Source of the DNA: Cyanidioschyzon merolae
Taxonomy: Eukaryota
DNA: 64,000 nt
NCBI GenBank assembly: GCA_000091205.1
Contig: AP006500.2
Direction: 5' to 3' (one strand)
The notes beneath the pieces are model-generated. The model did no database searches and was not told where the DNA came from. It saw nothing but the letters and a program-made list of their open reading frames with translations. The translations under genes and the position numbers were made by a program. Positions 33,989 to 44,624 of this stretch are shown here, piece by piece (the stretch's first letter is position 1; the number at the start of each line of letters is the position of its first letter).

Positions 33989-35040
33989 GCGCTGCGAAAA
34001 TCGCTGGTGAATGCGGCAAGGGTTCCACGGGAGCTCGCTTTGTTCTCTGACGCACCACGTGTGTGAAATAGATACCGAGGAAACACGAGAAGCCGCATTT
34101 GTTTCGGACGTATCACCGAAAATACGCCACGGTCTGCGGAGCGCCAGCGCCGCGTTCCAAGGAACCGGCCTCCTTCTTCTTCACCAAAAGGTTGCAGGAG
34201 GTTATGTAGCCTACCGCGAACGGCTGCCATTCAGACCGTGCGAAAAAGCAGTACGACTGGACAATGATCTGACAGTCGCCGCACCTCTTCGCGCTTTACT
34301 TGCGTTTGCTGAAACGCTGCGCCGTAGATCTCTATATCAAAGCGAATATAGCTGTCGACGATGTGTGCGGCAGCACTGGCGCTACAACAGAAGTAGTCTA
34401 AGCGCCATCCTCGATTCTGGAAGTAGTTCTGGACATGCCGATACCCGATGTAGGAGTAGGCGCGGACAGATGGATGCAGCCAGCGGAACGTGTCCAGGAG
34501 TGCGCATTCCTACAGGGTTTGCGAAAAACTCGCCCGCTCCTCATCAGTAAAGCCCGCATTACAACAAATCCCATCGGGATCGAGGTATCGATTTCCTGGT
34601 GGGCGCAGGTCCAGTCACTGCACCAGGTCCTCTCTGTCTTCGGAGGCTTGGTTCGGAATGTATGCCGAATATCTCAGAACTATCCCAAAAAGCTCCACAG
34701 GACGCACCGACCAAAGCACATACTGCCGAGCTGGGATCGAATACCCCCGAATGCGAACGGGATTATCGCATTGGAACCGTCCTCGTCTGATCACTGACAA
34801 GCGCCCTAGGATCTGTTCCGAGCGCTCCACAGTGCCGGTTCGCACTGGAGTCAACGATTCAGATCTCCCATGACTGCTGCAGATCCTCGTCGAACAAGGA
34901 GCGATCAGATCTCTGCGAGGATTCTCTTCACTGAGCTGGGCTTGCAAATTATAGTGCACACGGAATATCACGTTTCCCATTGGCGTACGTTCGCTCCGTC
35001 AATGCCATCCGCATCGAGGGCGTCCGATGCGTCATCGAAA

Positions 35041-36228
35041 TCACTGTACATTGGAAACTGGCTGCTCGGCAGGGTGCTGCCCGTTGGTCTGCTCATCGGC
35101 AACAACCTCGAGGGTCGGGAATTCAATGAGGCACTCGGCAGCGCGAACGACATCGGCGATCCTGACATCCTCCATTTTCGGGATCGGGACCCGAGGCTGG
35201 TTCGCTCGGTCGGATTTCAGATATACCGAAAAGTGCTCAGTGTCTGCAACGAATCGTCGTATCTGGAGGCGCTCGAGGGCCTCGGCCATTGTGACATGCT
35301 CTGGGCAGCGGTCCAGTGCGAGGACACTATCGTTCGGCGCTTGCGCTGCAACCGAAACGAAGCACTCAATTCGCCATTCGATGCAATCCGCTGCTGAACG
35401 ATACATCGATGTATTCCGGCGGTGCTTGGAAAATACTTCAGGTAAAAGTTGAAGTCGGATGCCGCGCTTCGTTGCAGCACGTTGGACGGCTGCCAAGCGC
35501 CTCCGCCGTGCGTGGTCCTCCGCTGCGGTGGGCCCGCGTAACCGCGGCACCGAACCGCCGCCAGACAGTATTTGCTGGACGTATCGCTTATGACTCTGTT
35601 GACGTAGTTCAAGATCTTCCAAAAACGCATAGTCACGAAGAAGTTGCTTCAGGTCGTAGTCAGTGCGCGGAATAAAAGCGTATCGGGTTGTCTCGAGCCG
35701 GCCGGAACAACCAGCTTCCCTATGTCCACGATAGCAGTCCAGAGAGCACAACCGTCGCTGACATACCGGGCACTTGTAGACAGCCTCGTGCTGGTTTTCG
35801 CACTGAGAGCACCGCTTTCGGGCTTCGGTGCCTGCAGGGGTTAGGGCTTTCGCGTGGCTGTCGCTGGCGGTGTCGACGTCAGGTTGTGCATCGAGCTCCG
35901 TCGTGGTGGAGACGGAGCGTTGCCCAGGCCGCCACGAGACGTCTGCAACGTCGTCCGTCACAACACCGTCCCGACAAAAGGTATCTCGATCCATGCAACG
36001 ACGAGACAAGGTACTTGGGAGACGGTGCGGAGCGCATGCCGCTGCGAGTGCCAGGAACGCCATACCATAGATGTATACGTCTAGACAAAATGGTCTATCC
36101 TTGCGCACCGCGCTGTAGCGCTCTTCCGGCGGTGCGTCAACCACGCATGAACCACGAGCAGCGAGCATGTGTTTCCCGCGTGAACAAGCAAGTAGCTCTG
36201 TTGGAGCTGAAAATCCAAACGATTGCAA
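35041..36228 (-). CDS. zf-HIT protein, BCD1 (box C/D snoRNP assembly factor)-like
   Basis: HIT zinc finger CSQCENQHEAVYKCPVCQRRLCSLDCYRGHRE followed by BCD1-like segment YDLKQLLRDYAFLEDLEL. N-terminal ~120 aa may not be coding. Confidence 0.55.
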   Translation of the reverse strand: MQSFGFSAPTELLACSRGKHMLAARGSCVVDAPPEERYSAVRKDRPFCLDVYIYGMAFLALAAACAPHRLPSTLSRRCMDRDTFCRDGVVTDDVADVSWRPGQRSVSTTTELDAQPDVDTASDSHAKALTPAGTEARKRCSQCENQHEAVYKCPVCQRRLCSLDCYRGHREAGCSGRLETTRYAFIPRTDYDLKQLLRDYAFLEDLELRQQSHKRYVQQILSGGGSVPRLRGPTAAEDHARRRRLAAVQRAATKRGIRLQLLPEVFSKHRRNTSMYRSAADCIEWRIECFVSVAAQAPNDSVLALDRCPEHVTMAEALERLQIRRFVADTEHFSVYLKSDRANQPRVPIPKMEDVRIADVVRAAECLIEFPTLEVVADEQTNGQHPAEQPVSNVQ

Positions 36229-36320
36229 TTGTAGAAGGAACCGGGAACCTCGCGTACGAGACAGCTGTTTGCAGGAAGCACGAGGCGGCTCCCATGGACG
36301 GAGCAGCTAGATGTTTTTTT

Positions 36321-37848
36321 GGATGCGCATGGAACACTGAACTGCTGCTCGTTCTATGGGCGCTTTTCGGTTCCCCGGAGCTTGATTCGATGTGTGGTCT
36401 CGAATATTGGCGTGCGGACACAGGGGGTTACGGTTCTACACAGCCCAGTCTGGCATTCTCGTTCTCGTTTACAGAGACGCTGCTTCGACGCTTTTGCCGC
36501 TGGAATGCTTGACGTTCCCGGACTCGTCTTGATTCCGATAACGTCTGTGAACAAGCGCTCGCAAGTCAAAAGATATCTCTCGGCAATGTACGCGCACAAA
36601 CATCCATGCTTCCCCTTTTGCTCGCCTGAAGCATGCGCAAATCACGCATGCTTCCAATGAAGACCTGCCTCTGATGCACACAAACTCGACGTCGTCCACT
36701 GTAGCGTTCGCCACAAGCAGATGTCACGCGCGCTCTCACCGAACGCTGCCCAAACGAACGGCTCTGTCCAAAATCCATATCCTCGTCCCTTTCTGGTCAT
36801 CGATGGAACGGCTCGCGACACCAGCGTGATACCCCGCGCGGGATGCGCGCCCAGAGGCTCCCGTCTCTCATGTGTGCATCGAAAGGCGCCCTGGACTCGG
36901 AAGTCAGATATCCAAGCGATCGTCCCGAAGCACAGACCGCGTCACCGCTGTGCACGAAGCGAGCCTCGACAAACCGTAATTTCTCGACTTGATCTCCAGC
37001 GCGGCATCGCGTTGCGGTGCCCGCCCCATCGTGGCCAACACGAAACGACCAGCGTATCCGAGAGCAAGTATGGGTAATGGAACTTGAGGGTAGGCGCTTC
37101 ACCATGGACGCTTTCCCGAAAGCCATTACCCACTCCGAATTCCGGGATCCATGGTCAATCTGAACGTTTTGTCGTCTGAATCGTGCCCGACATCGCGTTC
37201 CGCACGTCCTCTGTCGAAGGCGCTGCGTGCGCTTGCGCGTGCACCTGCCAGCCTTCAGGGCTAACCGATTGCCGAGCTCGAGCCCGTGCTCATAGCGTGC
37301 GACACTGGGCTTGGAGGCAGAGGCGGGCATCACGTACGGCCTCCTGCGCTCGTCAACGGCACGTACCGAGCGAGGAGGAAAGCGTGCAGGTGCCAGAGGG
37401 CGACGCTCGGGGGAGCAGGAGCTGGAGCTGGCGCCGGAGCTGGCGTCCGAGTTGTGGGCGCACCGGCATACCCGGTTGCAGTCCGGTGGCGTCCCTTGCA
37501 GCGGCGCCACCGAGACCGTCTACGAAGCAGACGGGCATGAAATGCGGAGCGTAGATCGCAGCGATCGTCGGTGTATCCACTGCGTCAACAATCGCGTGAA
37601 GCTGCGGTATCGCGAAGCGAACTCGGGCATCAACACCTATTGAGTGCTGACAACGAAGGTGGATGCAAGTGAGCGTGCGGCACATGCACTGCCGTATACA
37701 AGAGACAGAAGCAGGAAGCAGGTGCAGCAAAAGCCTGCAGCGGCAGGTGCTGACGATTGTGACGAACTACCCAAACTTTGGAGCCTACGCTCGAGTTAGC
37801 GTACTCGACCAGCTCCATTTCATTTTGACCTGGAGGCAGAGGTATTCA
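36321..37848. repeat. Direct repeat copy A (1528 bp), close to identical to copy B (~10 single-base differences by eye)
   Basis: Base-by-base identity with 42113-43640 at constant offset 5792, with about 10 single-base differences by eye. Identical ORF-track peptides appear in both copies (e.g. 36797-37510 vs 42589-43302). Sharp boundaries: both copies begin GGATGCGCATGGAACACTG and end GGAGGCAGAGGTATTCA. Confidence 0.95.
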
Positions 37849-38347
37849 CGGGAGGCATGCGGTGATCGGTAGACAATCCCAGTTCCCGATCGAGACCGCA
37901 TCATGATTCCAACGCCCTGGAACAAGCACATTTGGAACCGCAAAGTGGTTCAGCTTCCACGTGGAGAAGCAGTACCCAGCTTTTCCGCTTTATACACGCT
38001 CAAGCGGTAACCGTCAGCACGCCTCGCATCCGTTCGTCGGTTTCAAATGCGACCGTTGCCCTGGACACTCGTCCACGCTGCACCCGAATATCGCCCAGAT
38101 TCCGAGTCGCCCGAACAAACTGAGCAACAAAGCCACCTGGTGCAGCATGGACTACAGTGCAGCGGACACCGCGGATGCATGAACGCGCGGCCTGATACCA
38201 AACAGCTTAGCTACCAACCATATTTATCGGATGAGCGCGTGCCTATCTTCGAACTAGCGCATACCTCTCTCTCTCAAACCAAAATTCCCCATCATGATCC
38301 CGTTCCTTTGAGAGCCGCCAAGGGCCGCCTCGTGCGCGCTACGCTAT

Positions 38348-41300
38348 TCAAGAGCTCGCGACTGCCGTTCGGACACGTCCCTCATCGGTGCCGGACCTTG
38401 CAGCAGAACCGGTCGTTGACGGGTGCATCATTTCGGGTACCGGTGGACACGAGCACACCAGATTCCGATCACCGTACACGTCATCGATGCGAGAGGTTCG
38501 CGGCCAGAACTTGCCGCGCGCGTAGAGCCAGCTTGCCGGGAAGGCGCCAATCTCGCGCGGATACGGCCGATCCCAGGTATCCGCACTGACCACCTCTGCC
38601 GTGTGTGGTGCATACTTGAGCGGATTGTGCTGCGGATCCCAGCGACCCTGCTCAATCTGGCGAATCTCTTCGCGAATCATCAGCATCGCATCGCAAAACC
38701 GATCGAGCTCATCGATACTCTCGCTCTCCGTCGGTTCAATCATAAGCGTTCCAGCCACCGGCCATGACATGGTAGGAGAATGGAATCCATAGTCCTGAAG
38801 GCGTTTCGCCACGTCCGATTCCGTAACACCTGCACTAAGCTTGAACGGACGTAGATCCAGGATAAACTCATGTGCGCATCGTCCGTGCTTCCCGCGATAC
38901 AGAATCGGATACGCCGGCGACAAGCGCGCCGCCATGTAATTCGCATTCAGGATCGCCTGTTCGCTGGCCTCGCGCAAGCCGTCGCTACCCATCATTTTCA
39001 CAAACATCCACACAATCGGCAGGATGGATGCAGAGCCGTACGGCGCCGCCGCAATCGGCCCAATCGCGGTATCGGGGTGTGCGCTCGCCACCGGGCGCAC
39101 CGGATGCGACGGCAGGAAAGGCGCCAGCGCCTCTGTCACGGCGATCGCGCCGACGCCGGGCCCGCCGCCGCCGTGCGGGATCGTCAGCGTCTTGTGCAGG
39201 TTCAGGTGACACGCATCGCCGCCGATCTCCGCGGGCGACGTGAGGCCCATCTGCGCGTTCAGGTTTGCCCCATCGATATACACCAGACCTCCGTTTGTGT
39301 GAATGATGTCGCAGATTTCCTTGATGCCCTCCTCGAACACTCCGTGCGTGGAGGGATACGTGATCATGGCTGCGGCGAGCTGATCTCGATGTTGCTCCGC
39401 GCGAGCACGCAGTTCGGCGATATCGATGTTGCCCTGGGCGTCGGTACCGACCGGGATGATACGCATACCTGCCATTTTGGCGCTCGCTGGGTTTGTTCCA
39501 TGCGCCGATGTCGGTACAATGCATACCTTGCGTTGGTGCTGGCCGCGGGCCTTGTGGTACGCCAAAAAGGTCATCAGGCCGGCGTATTCGCCCTGGGCGC
39601 CGCTGTTCGGCTGCAGAGACACGGCTGCGAATCCTGTGATATCCGCGAGATCACGTTCGAGATCTGCAAACAATCGTTGGTAGCCGCGCAATTGTTCGGG
39701 TGGTGTAAAGGGATGCGGCAGGGAGAACTCTGGCCACGATACAGGGATCATCTCGCTGGTGGCGTTCAGCTTCATCGTGCAGCTGCCCAGAGGAATCATG
39801 GAGTGCACCAGCGACAAATCCTTGGCTGCTAGTTGATGGATGTATCGGAGCATCTTGTGCTCCGTGCGATACTCGTGAAATACCGGGTGCGTCATGTATG
39901 CGGTTGTTCGTTCGAAGGCCTGGGCAAGGTTCGGCTCGAGGCCGCCAAAACCGCTCGGTGGCAGCGATGCAGCGATTTGCTCCAGCTCCTCGCCAGAGCA
40001 TGGACGTTGCGGACCGCGAAAAGCTGAGACAAGCTCCTGGAGGTCGTCGCGAGTATGCGTTTCGTCGAACGATACAGAAATTGAGCGGGGCCCCAGAGAT
40101 CGTACATTCAGTTTTGCCGCATCGCAGCGCGCTAGCACCGCTTGCGCCGCCTCTGTGGTCGGGTAATCGATGCGCACGGTATCAAAAATTGCAGCCTTTT
40201 CGCTGACACCCACGCCGACTGCAGCGGCGAAGGTGCGGGCGAAGCGTTGTACGCGATTGGCGATAGCACGGAGGCCATCCGGTCCATGATACAGCCCATA
40301 CATTGCGGAAATGTTCGCAAGCAACGCTTGAGCGGTGCAGACGTTGCTTGTTGCCTTATCGCGACGAATATGCTGTTCGCGGGTCTGCAGCGCCATGCGC
40401 AGTGCCGGTTTGCCCTGAGCGTCGCGACTAATGCCGATAATTCTCCCTGGCATGAGACGCTTGAGATCGTCACGGCAGGCGAAAAACGCAGCCGATGGAC
40501 CACCATACCCCATGGGAACACCGAAGCGCTGTGCACTGCCCACGGCGATATCAGCTCCCCATTCTCCAGGCGGTCGCAGCATCGTCAGAGCCAGGAGATC
40601 TGATGCAACAACGACGCGTGTGCCATGCGCGTGCGCATTCTCCACAAACGACGTATAGTCATGGATCGTGCCGTCCGTTGCGGGATACTGCACCAGCGCA
40701 CCACACAAGTCGGCTCCATCCCACTGCACCTGCTGCCAGTTGTCCACGACAAGCTCGATGTCCATGGGCTCTGCACGCACCTTCATGACTGCAATCGTTT
40801 GCGGATGCACATCCTTGTCGACGAAAAATCGAAGCTTCTTGCGCTTCGAGACAGCAGCACACATACTCATCGCTTCGGCTGCCGCAGTTCCCTCGTCAAG
40901 CAGTGAGGCATTCGCTATAGGCAGGCCCGTGAGGTCCCCCACCATTGTCTGGAAGTTCAGCAGGGATTCCAAGCGTCCCTGCGCAACTTCAGCTTGATAT
41001 GGAGTGTACTGCGTATACCAGGCAGGGTTTTCCAGGATGTTTCGCTGAATGACTGGAGGCATGATGGTACCATAGTACCCGCAGCCGATAAAGTTACGTC
41101 GCAGTTCGTTCTGTTTCGCGATCTGCCGCAGCTCAGCGAGCACCTCAGACTCGGCGCGCTTTGGCCCAACGCTCAGCTTCCGCGTCGTGCGAATCGACTT
41201 GGGAATCGTCTGATCCATCAGTTCTTCGATACTTTTCACACCAAGAACCTGAAGCATTTTTTCGTTCGCTTCCGGGTTCCCAGAGCCGGTATGTCGTTTG

Positions 41301-41554
41301 TAGAACAGGTCCAGCGGCGCAAACGCCGAACTCGATGCCCCTCGCCGGAACTCTGCCTGTAAACGCCAACTCAACGCCGACCTCAGTGAATGGTAAGCAC
41401 CCGCGACGCCTACACCACGTACAGGAGCTCCTACCACTGAATTACCGGTGTGGTAGCGAGAGCGTGCTGAATTAAGCCAGCGCTGCGTGTCCGCACCGAG
41501 CGCACGTCGACGAGTTACCGACCCGCTGACGCGAGTGAGCAAGAGGCGAAACAT
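38348..41554 (-). CDS. GLDC: Glycine dehydrogenase (decarboxylating), glycine-cleavage P-protein, mitochondrial precursor (1068 aa)
   Basis: Full-length single ORF with mitochondrial-type presequence MFRLLLTRVSGSVTRRRALG and conserved two-domain GcvP sequence throughout (e.g. DxFYKRHTG, TEAAQAVLARCDAA, PLP-region HLNLHKTLTIPHGGGGPG). Confidence 0.95.
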   Translation of the reverse strand: MFRLLLTRVSGSVTRRRALGADTQRWLNSARSRYHTGNSVVGAPVRGVGVAGAYHSLRSALSWRLQAEFRRGASSSAFAPLDLFYKRHTGSGNPEANEKMLQVLGVKSIEELMDQTIPKSIRTTRKLSVGPKRAESEVLAELRQIAKQNELRRNFIGCGYYGTIMPPVIQRNILENPAWYTQYTPYQAEVAQGRLESLLNFQTMVGDLTGLPIANASLLDEGTAAAEAMSMCAAVSKRKKLRFFVDKDVHPQTIAVMKVRAEPMDIELVVDNWQQVQWDGADLCGALVQYPATDGTIHDYTSFVENAHAHGTRVVVASDLLALTMLRPPGEWGADIAVGSAQRFGVPMGYGGPSAAFFACRDDLKRLMPGRIIGISRDAQGKPALRMALQTREQHIRRDKATSNVCTAQALLANISAMYGLYHGPDGLRAIANRVQRFARTFAAAVGVGVSEKAAIFDTVRIDYPTTEAAQAVLARCDAAKLNVRSLGPRSISVSFDETHTRDDLQELVSAFRGPQRPCSGEELEQIAASLPPSGFGGLEPNLAQAFERTTAYMTHPVFHEYRTEHKMLRYIHQLAAKDLSLVHSMIPLGSCTMKLNATSEMIPVSWPEFSLPHPFTPPEQLRGYQRLFADLERDLADITGFAAVSLQPNSGAQGEYAGLMTFLAYHKARGQHQRKVCIVPTSAHGTNPASAKMAGMRIIPVGTDAQGNIDIAELRARAEQHRDQLAAAMITYPSTHGVFEEGIKEICDIIHTNGGLVYIDGANLNAQMGLTSPAEIGGDACHLNLHKTLTIPHGGGGPGVGAIAVTEALAPFLPSHPVRPVASAHPDTAIGPIAAAPYGSASILPIVWMFVKMMGSDGLREASEQAILNANYMAARLSPAYPILYRGKHGRCAHEFILDLRPFKLSAGVTESDVAKRLQDYGFHSPTMSWPVAGTLMIEPTESESIDELDRFCDAMLMIREEIRQIEQGRWDPQHNPLKYAPHTAEVVSADTWDRPYPREIGAFPASWLYARGKFWPRTSRIDDVYGDRNLVCSCPPVPEMMHPSTTGSAARSGTDEGRVRTAVASS

Positions 41555-41790
41555 TCAGCAAGGCAGCACGAGACTCTATGTAAACTTCCTCGACTTGACT
41601 GTCACAGCACTATGGGACTCGGCTCAGCACCAACCGTGAACGACAGCGCAAACAAACAAGCGTTTACAGACGTTGACGCCTTGTGAACCAGACCTAAAGT
41701 CTAGCTCAGGCAGATGGTACCAGCGCGATGATAGCGTCGGCGGCACCCGCAGCAGCCAGCGATGCGTACTGCCTGGTGATGAATCGGATG

Positions 41791-41950
41791 GCAGCGACGG
41801 GAAGCGCGCACGCACACACACCTGCCGCAGCCGCACGATCGACACTCAGATCAGCGCCAGCGACAGGAAGCGCGCGCGCACACACACCTGCCACAGTGGC
41901 AGGATCGACACTCAGATCAGCGCCAGCGACAGGAAGCGCGCGCGCACGCC
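41791..41950. repeat. ~66-bp tandem repeat (about 2.4 copies) in the GcvP upstream region
   Basis: Unit gcgccagcgacaggaagcgcgcgcgcacacacacctgcc(g/a)cag...gatcgacactcagatca repeated head-to-tail. Visible as repeated peptide SASDRKRARTHTC in ORF 41673-42026. Confidence 0.8.
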
Positions 41951-42112
41951 CATCGCAGGCGAGGCGCTGCCTGGAGTCATCACGCCGCGGCGTCAGAGCG
42001 GCAGCCGCTGGGCGCGCCACGTATGACGTGATCTCGCAGGCACACAGCCACGGAAGCAGTGCGCGCGCGTGCTGATGCCGTCCGGCAGGCGTCGACTGCT
42101 TTAAGGATCGTA

Positions 42113-43640
42113 GGATGCGCATGGAACACTGAACTGCTGCTCGTTCTATGGGCGCTTTTCGGTTCCCCGGAGCTTGATTCGATGCGTGGTCTCGAATATT
42201 GGCGTGCGGACACAGGGGGTTACGGTTCTACACAGCCCAGTCTGGCATTCTCGTTCTCGTTTACAGAGACGCTGCTTCGACGCTTTTGCCGCTGGAATGC
42301 TTGACGTTCCCGGACTCGTCTTGATTCCGATAACGTCTGTGAACAAGCGCTCGCAAGTCAAAAGATATCCCTCGGCAATGTACGCGCACAAACATCCATG
42401 CTTCCCCTTTTGCTCGCCTGAAGCATGCGCAAATCACGCATGCTCCCAATGAAGACCTGCCTCTGATGCACACAAACTCGACGTCGTCCACTGTAGCGTT
42501 CGCCACAGGCAGATGTCACGCGCGCTCTCACCGAACGCTGCCCAAACGAACGGCTCTGTCCAAAATCCATATCCTCGTCCCTTTCTGGTCATCGATGGAG
42601 CGGCTCGCGACACCAGCGTGATACCCCGCGCGGGATGCGCGCCCAGAGGCTCCCGTCTCTCATGTGTGCATCGAAAGGCGCCCTGGACTCGGAAGTCAGA
42701 TATCCAAGCGATCGTCCCGAAGCACAGACCGCGTCACCGTTGTGCACGAAGCGAGCCTCGACAAACCGTAATTTCTCGACTTGATCTCCAGCGCGGCATC
42801 GCGTTGCGGTGCCCGCCCCATCGTGGCCAACACGAAACGACCAGCGTATCCGAGAGCAAGTATGGGTGATGGAACTTGAGGGTAGGCGCTTCACCATGGA
42901 CGCTTTCCCGAAAGCCATTACCCACTCCGAATTCCGGGATCCATGGTCAATCTGAACGTTTTGTCGTCGGAATCGTGCCCGACATCGCGTTCCGCACGTC
43001 CTCTGTCGAAGGCGCTGCGTGCGCTTGCGCGTGCACCTGCCAGCCTTCAGGGCTAACCGATTGCCGAGCTCGAGCCCGTGCTCATAGCGTGCGACACTGG
43101 GCTTGGAGGCAGAGGCGGGCATCACGTACGGCCTCCTGCGCTCGTCAACGGCACGTACCGAGCGAGGAGGAAAGCATGCAGGTGCCAGAGGGCGACGCTC
43201 GGGGGAGCAGGAGCTGGAGCTGGCGCCGGAGCTGGCGTCCGAGTTGTGGGCGCACCGGCATACCCGGTTGCAGTCCGGTGGCGTCCCTTGCAGCGGCGCC
43301 ACCGAGACCGTCTACGAAGCAGACGGGCATGAAATGCGGAGCGTAGATCGCAGCGATCGTCGGTGTATCCACTGCGTCAACAATCGCGTGAAGCTGCGGT
43401 ATCGCGAAGCGAACTCGGGCATCAACACCTATTGAGTGCTGACAACGAAGGTGGATGCAAGTGAGCGTGCGGCACATGCACTGCCGTATACAAGAGACAG
43501 AAGCAGGAAGCAGATGCAGCAAAAGCCTGCAGCGGCAGGTGCTGACGATTGTGACGAACTACCCAAACTTTGGAGCCTACGCTCGAGTTAGCGTACTCGA
43601 CCAGCTCCATTTCATTCTGACCTGGAGGCAGAGGTATTCA
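42113..43640. repeat. Direct repeat copy B (1528 bp), same orientation as copy A
   Basis: See copy A. Starts 559 bp upstream of the GcvP ATG; copy A starts 93 bp upstream of the BCD1-like ATG. Confidence 0.95.
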
Positions 43641-44624
43641 AGCGCATCTGATTTGTCGCACAGACCCAATACCTTTAACGGAAAGGTTCCAAACTGAATG
43701 GCAACGTGTAGCTCCAGGTCATCTGCTCTCCATGCGATGAGCGTGGTGGAGCACTCAGCCAGGGCGCGAAACTGCCCTCGATGGGCTCGGTACGCCCATT
43801 CGGGCAGCGGGGAACGTACCGCGAACAGCAGCTGACATGTTGCATTGATCCCATTGACCAACTGGAAAATCCTACTGCAGCCGTCTCTACTGACGTCCAT
43901 GCAATCATCCGTCGTGAACGGTCGCTCCGCGGGTCATGTCGAGCGTGCGCACACAAGCGATGCAGCCTGCGAAATCTCAGCAGTCTTCCACCCTGGTATT
44001 TGCCCATGTGACAGTATTACCTGGACTGGAAATCATTGGTGTGCGCTTTCCAAGGCGTCGTTCCCGCATGCACGACCGGAAGCTTTAGACACCTACGCGA
44101 ACAGCTCTTCGAAACGGGAATGCGAACGAAGCGCTTTCCTCGTAGCACATCGTTTAAACTGCAGACCCGATGATTCAAAACGGATCTCCGCGGGATGTGC
44201 GAATGCTACGCGTGACCCGGGTGGAAACCGCGGCTCTGCGTGCACCACCTACCTCCAACTTGTAGTTATTCGTCGGCACCGCGTGCCAGCAGTGATGCCT
44301 CAGAGGTGAACCGACCGAACCGACCGGTTGCTCCTTGGGCAGGACCCTTCATCATGGGCAGTGGTGAAAGCGCCCGTCCACCAACCCAGTTCTGCGAAAC
44401 ATATTATCGCACTTTGGATCGTAGAGGCCGTAGCACTGCGGCGGTCGCCAATGCTCATCGCTGGACCACTCAGTACAATGGATTGCTCAGCTGCAACCGG
44501 TTGATCGCAGCGCTTCGCGGGTGACACACTCCAGCGCCACATCGCACATGAGCGCACATGCTTGTACAAGGAGCCTATTGCGAGCATCTATTGGCCGCAA
44601 TTCCGCGGTAACCAGAACTGCGCT

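Noticed and set aside
36797-37510. 237-aa ORFs inside each direct-repeat copy (and 42589-43302) as protein genes
   Set aside because: Arg/Cys/Ser-rich low-complexity translation with no domain. Overlapping ORFs exist in several frames on both strands, as expected for GC-rich non-coding DNA.
38870-39832. Long antisense ORFs opposite GcvP, ArsA (46285-47100), DDB1 (1204-1743, 3035-3481), Thg1 (49011-49868) and GcvP again (39024-39524)
   Set aside because: They lie wholly inside well-supported genes on the other strand and have biased Arg/Ala composition. They are typical of high-GC antisense frames.
36321-43640. Repeat-gene-repeat as an LTR retrotransposon (LTRs flanking internal region)
   Set aside because: The interior is a bona fide host gene (GcvP with mito presequence), not gag/pol. 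There is no PBS/PPT, no TG...CA termini with TSD and no RT homology inside.
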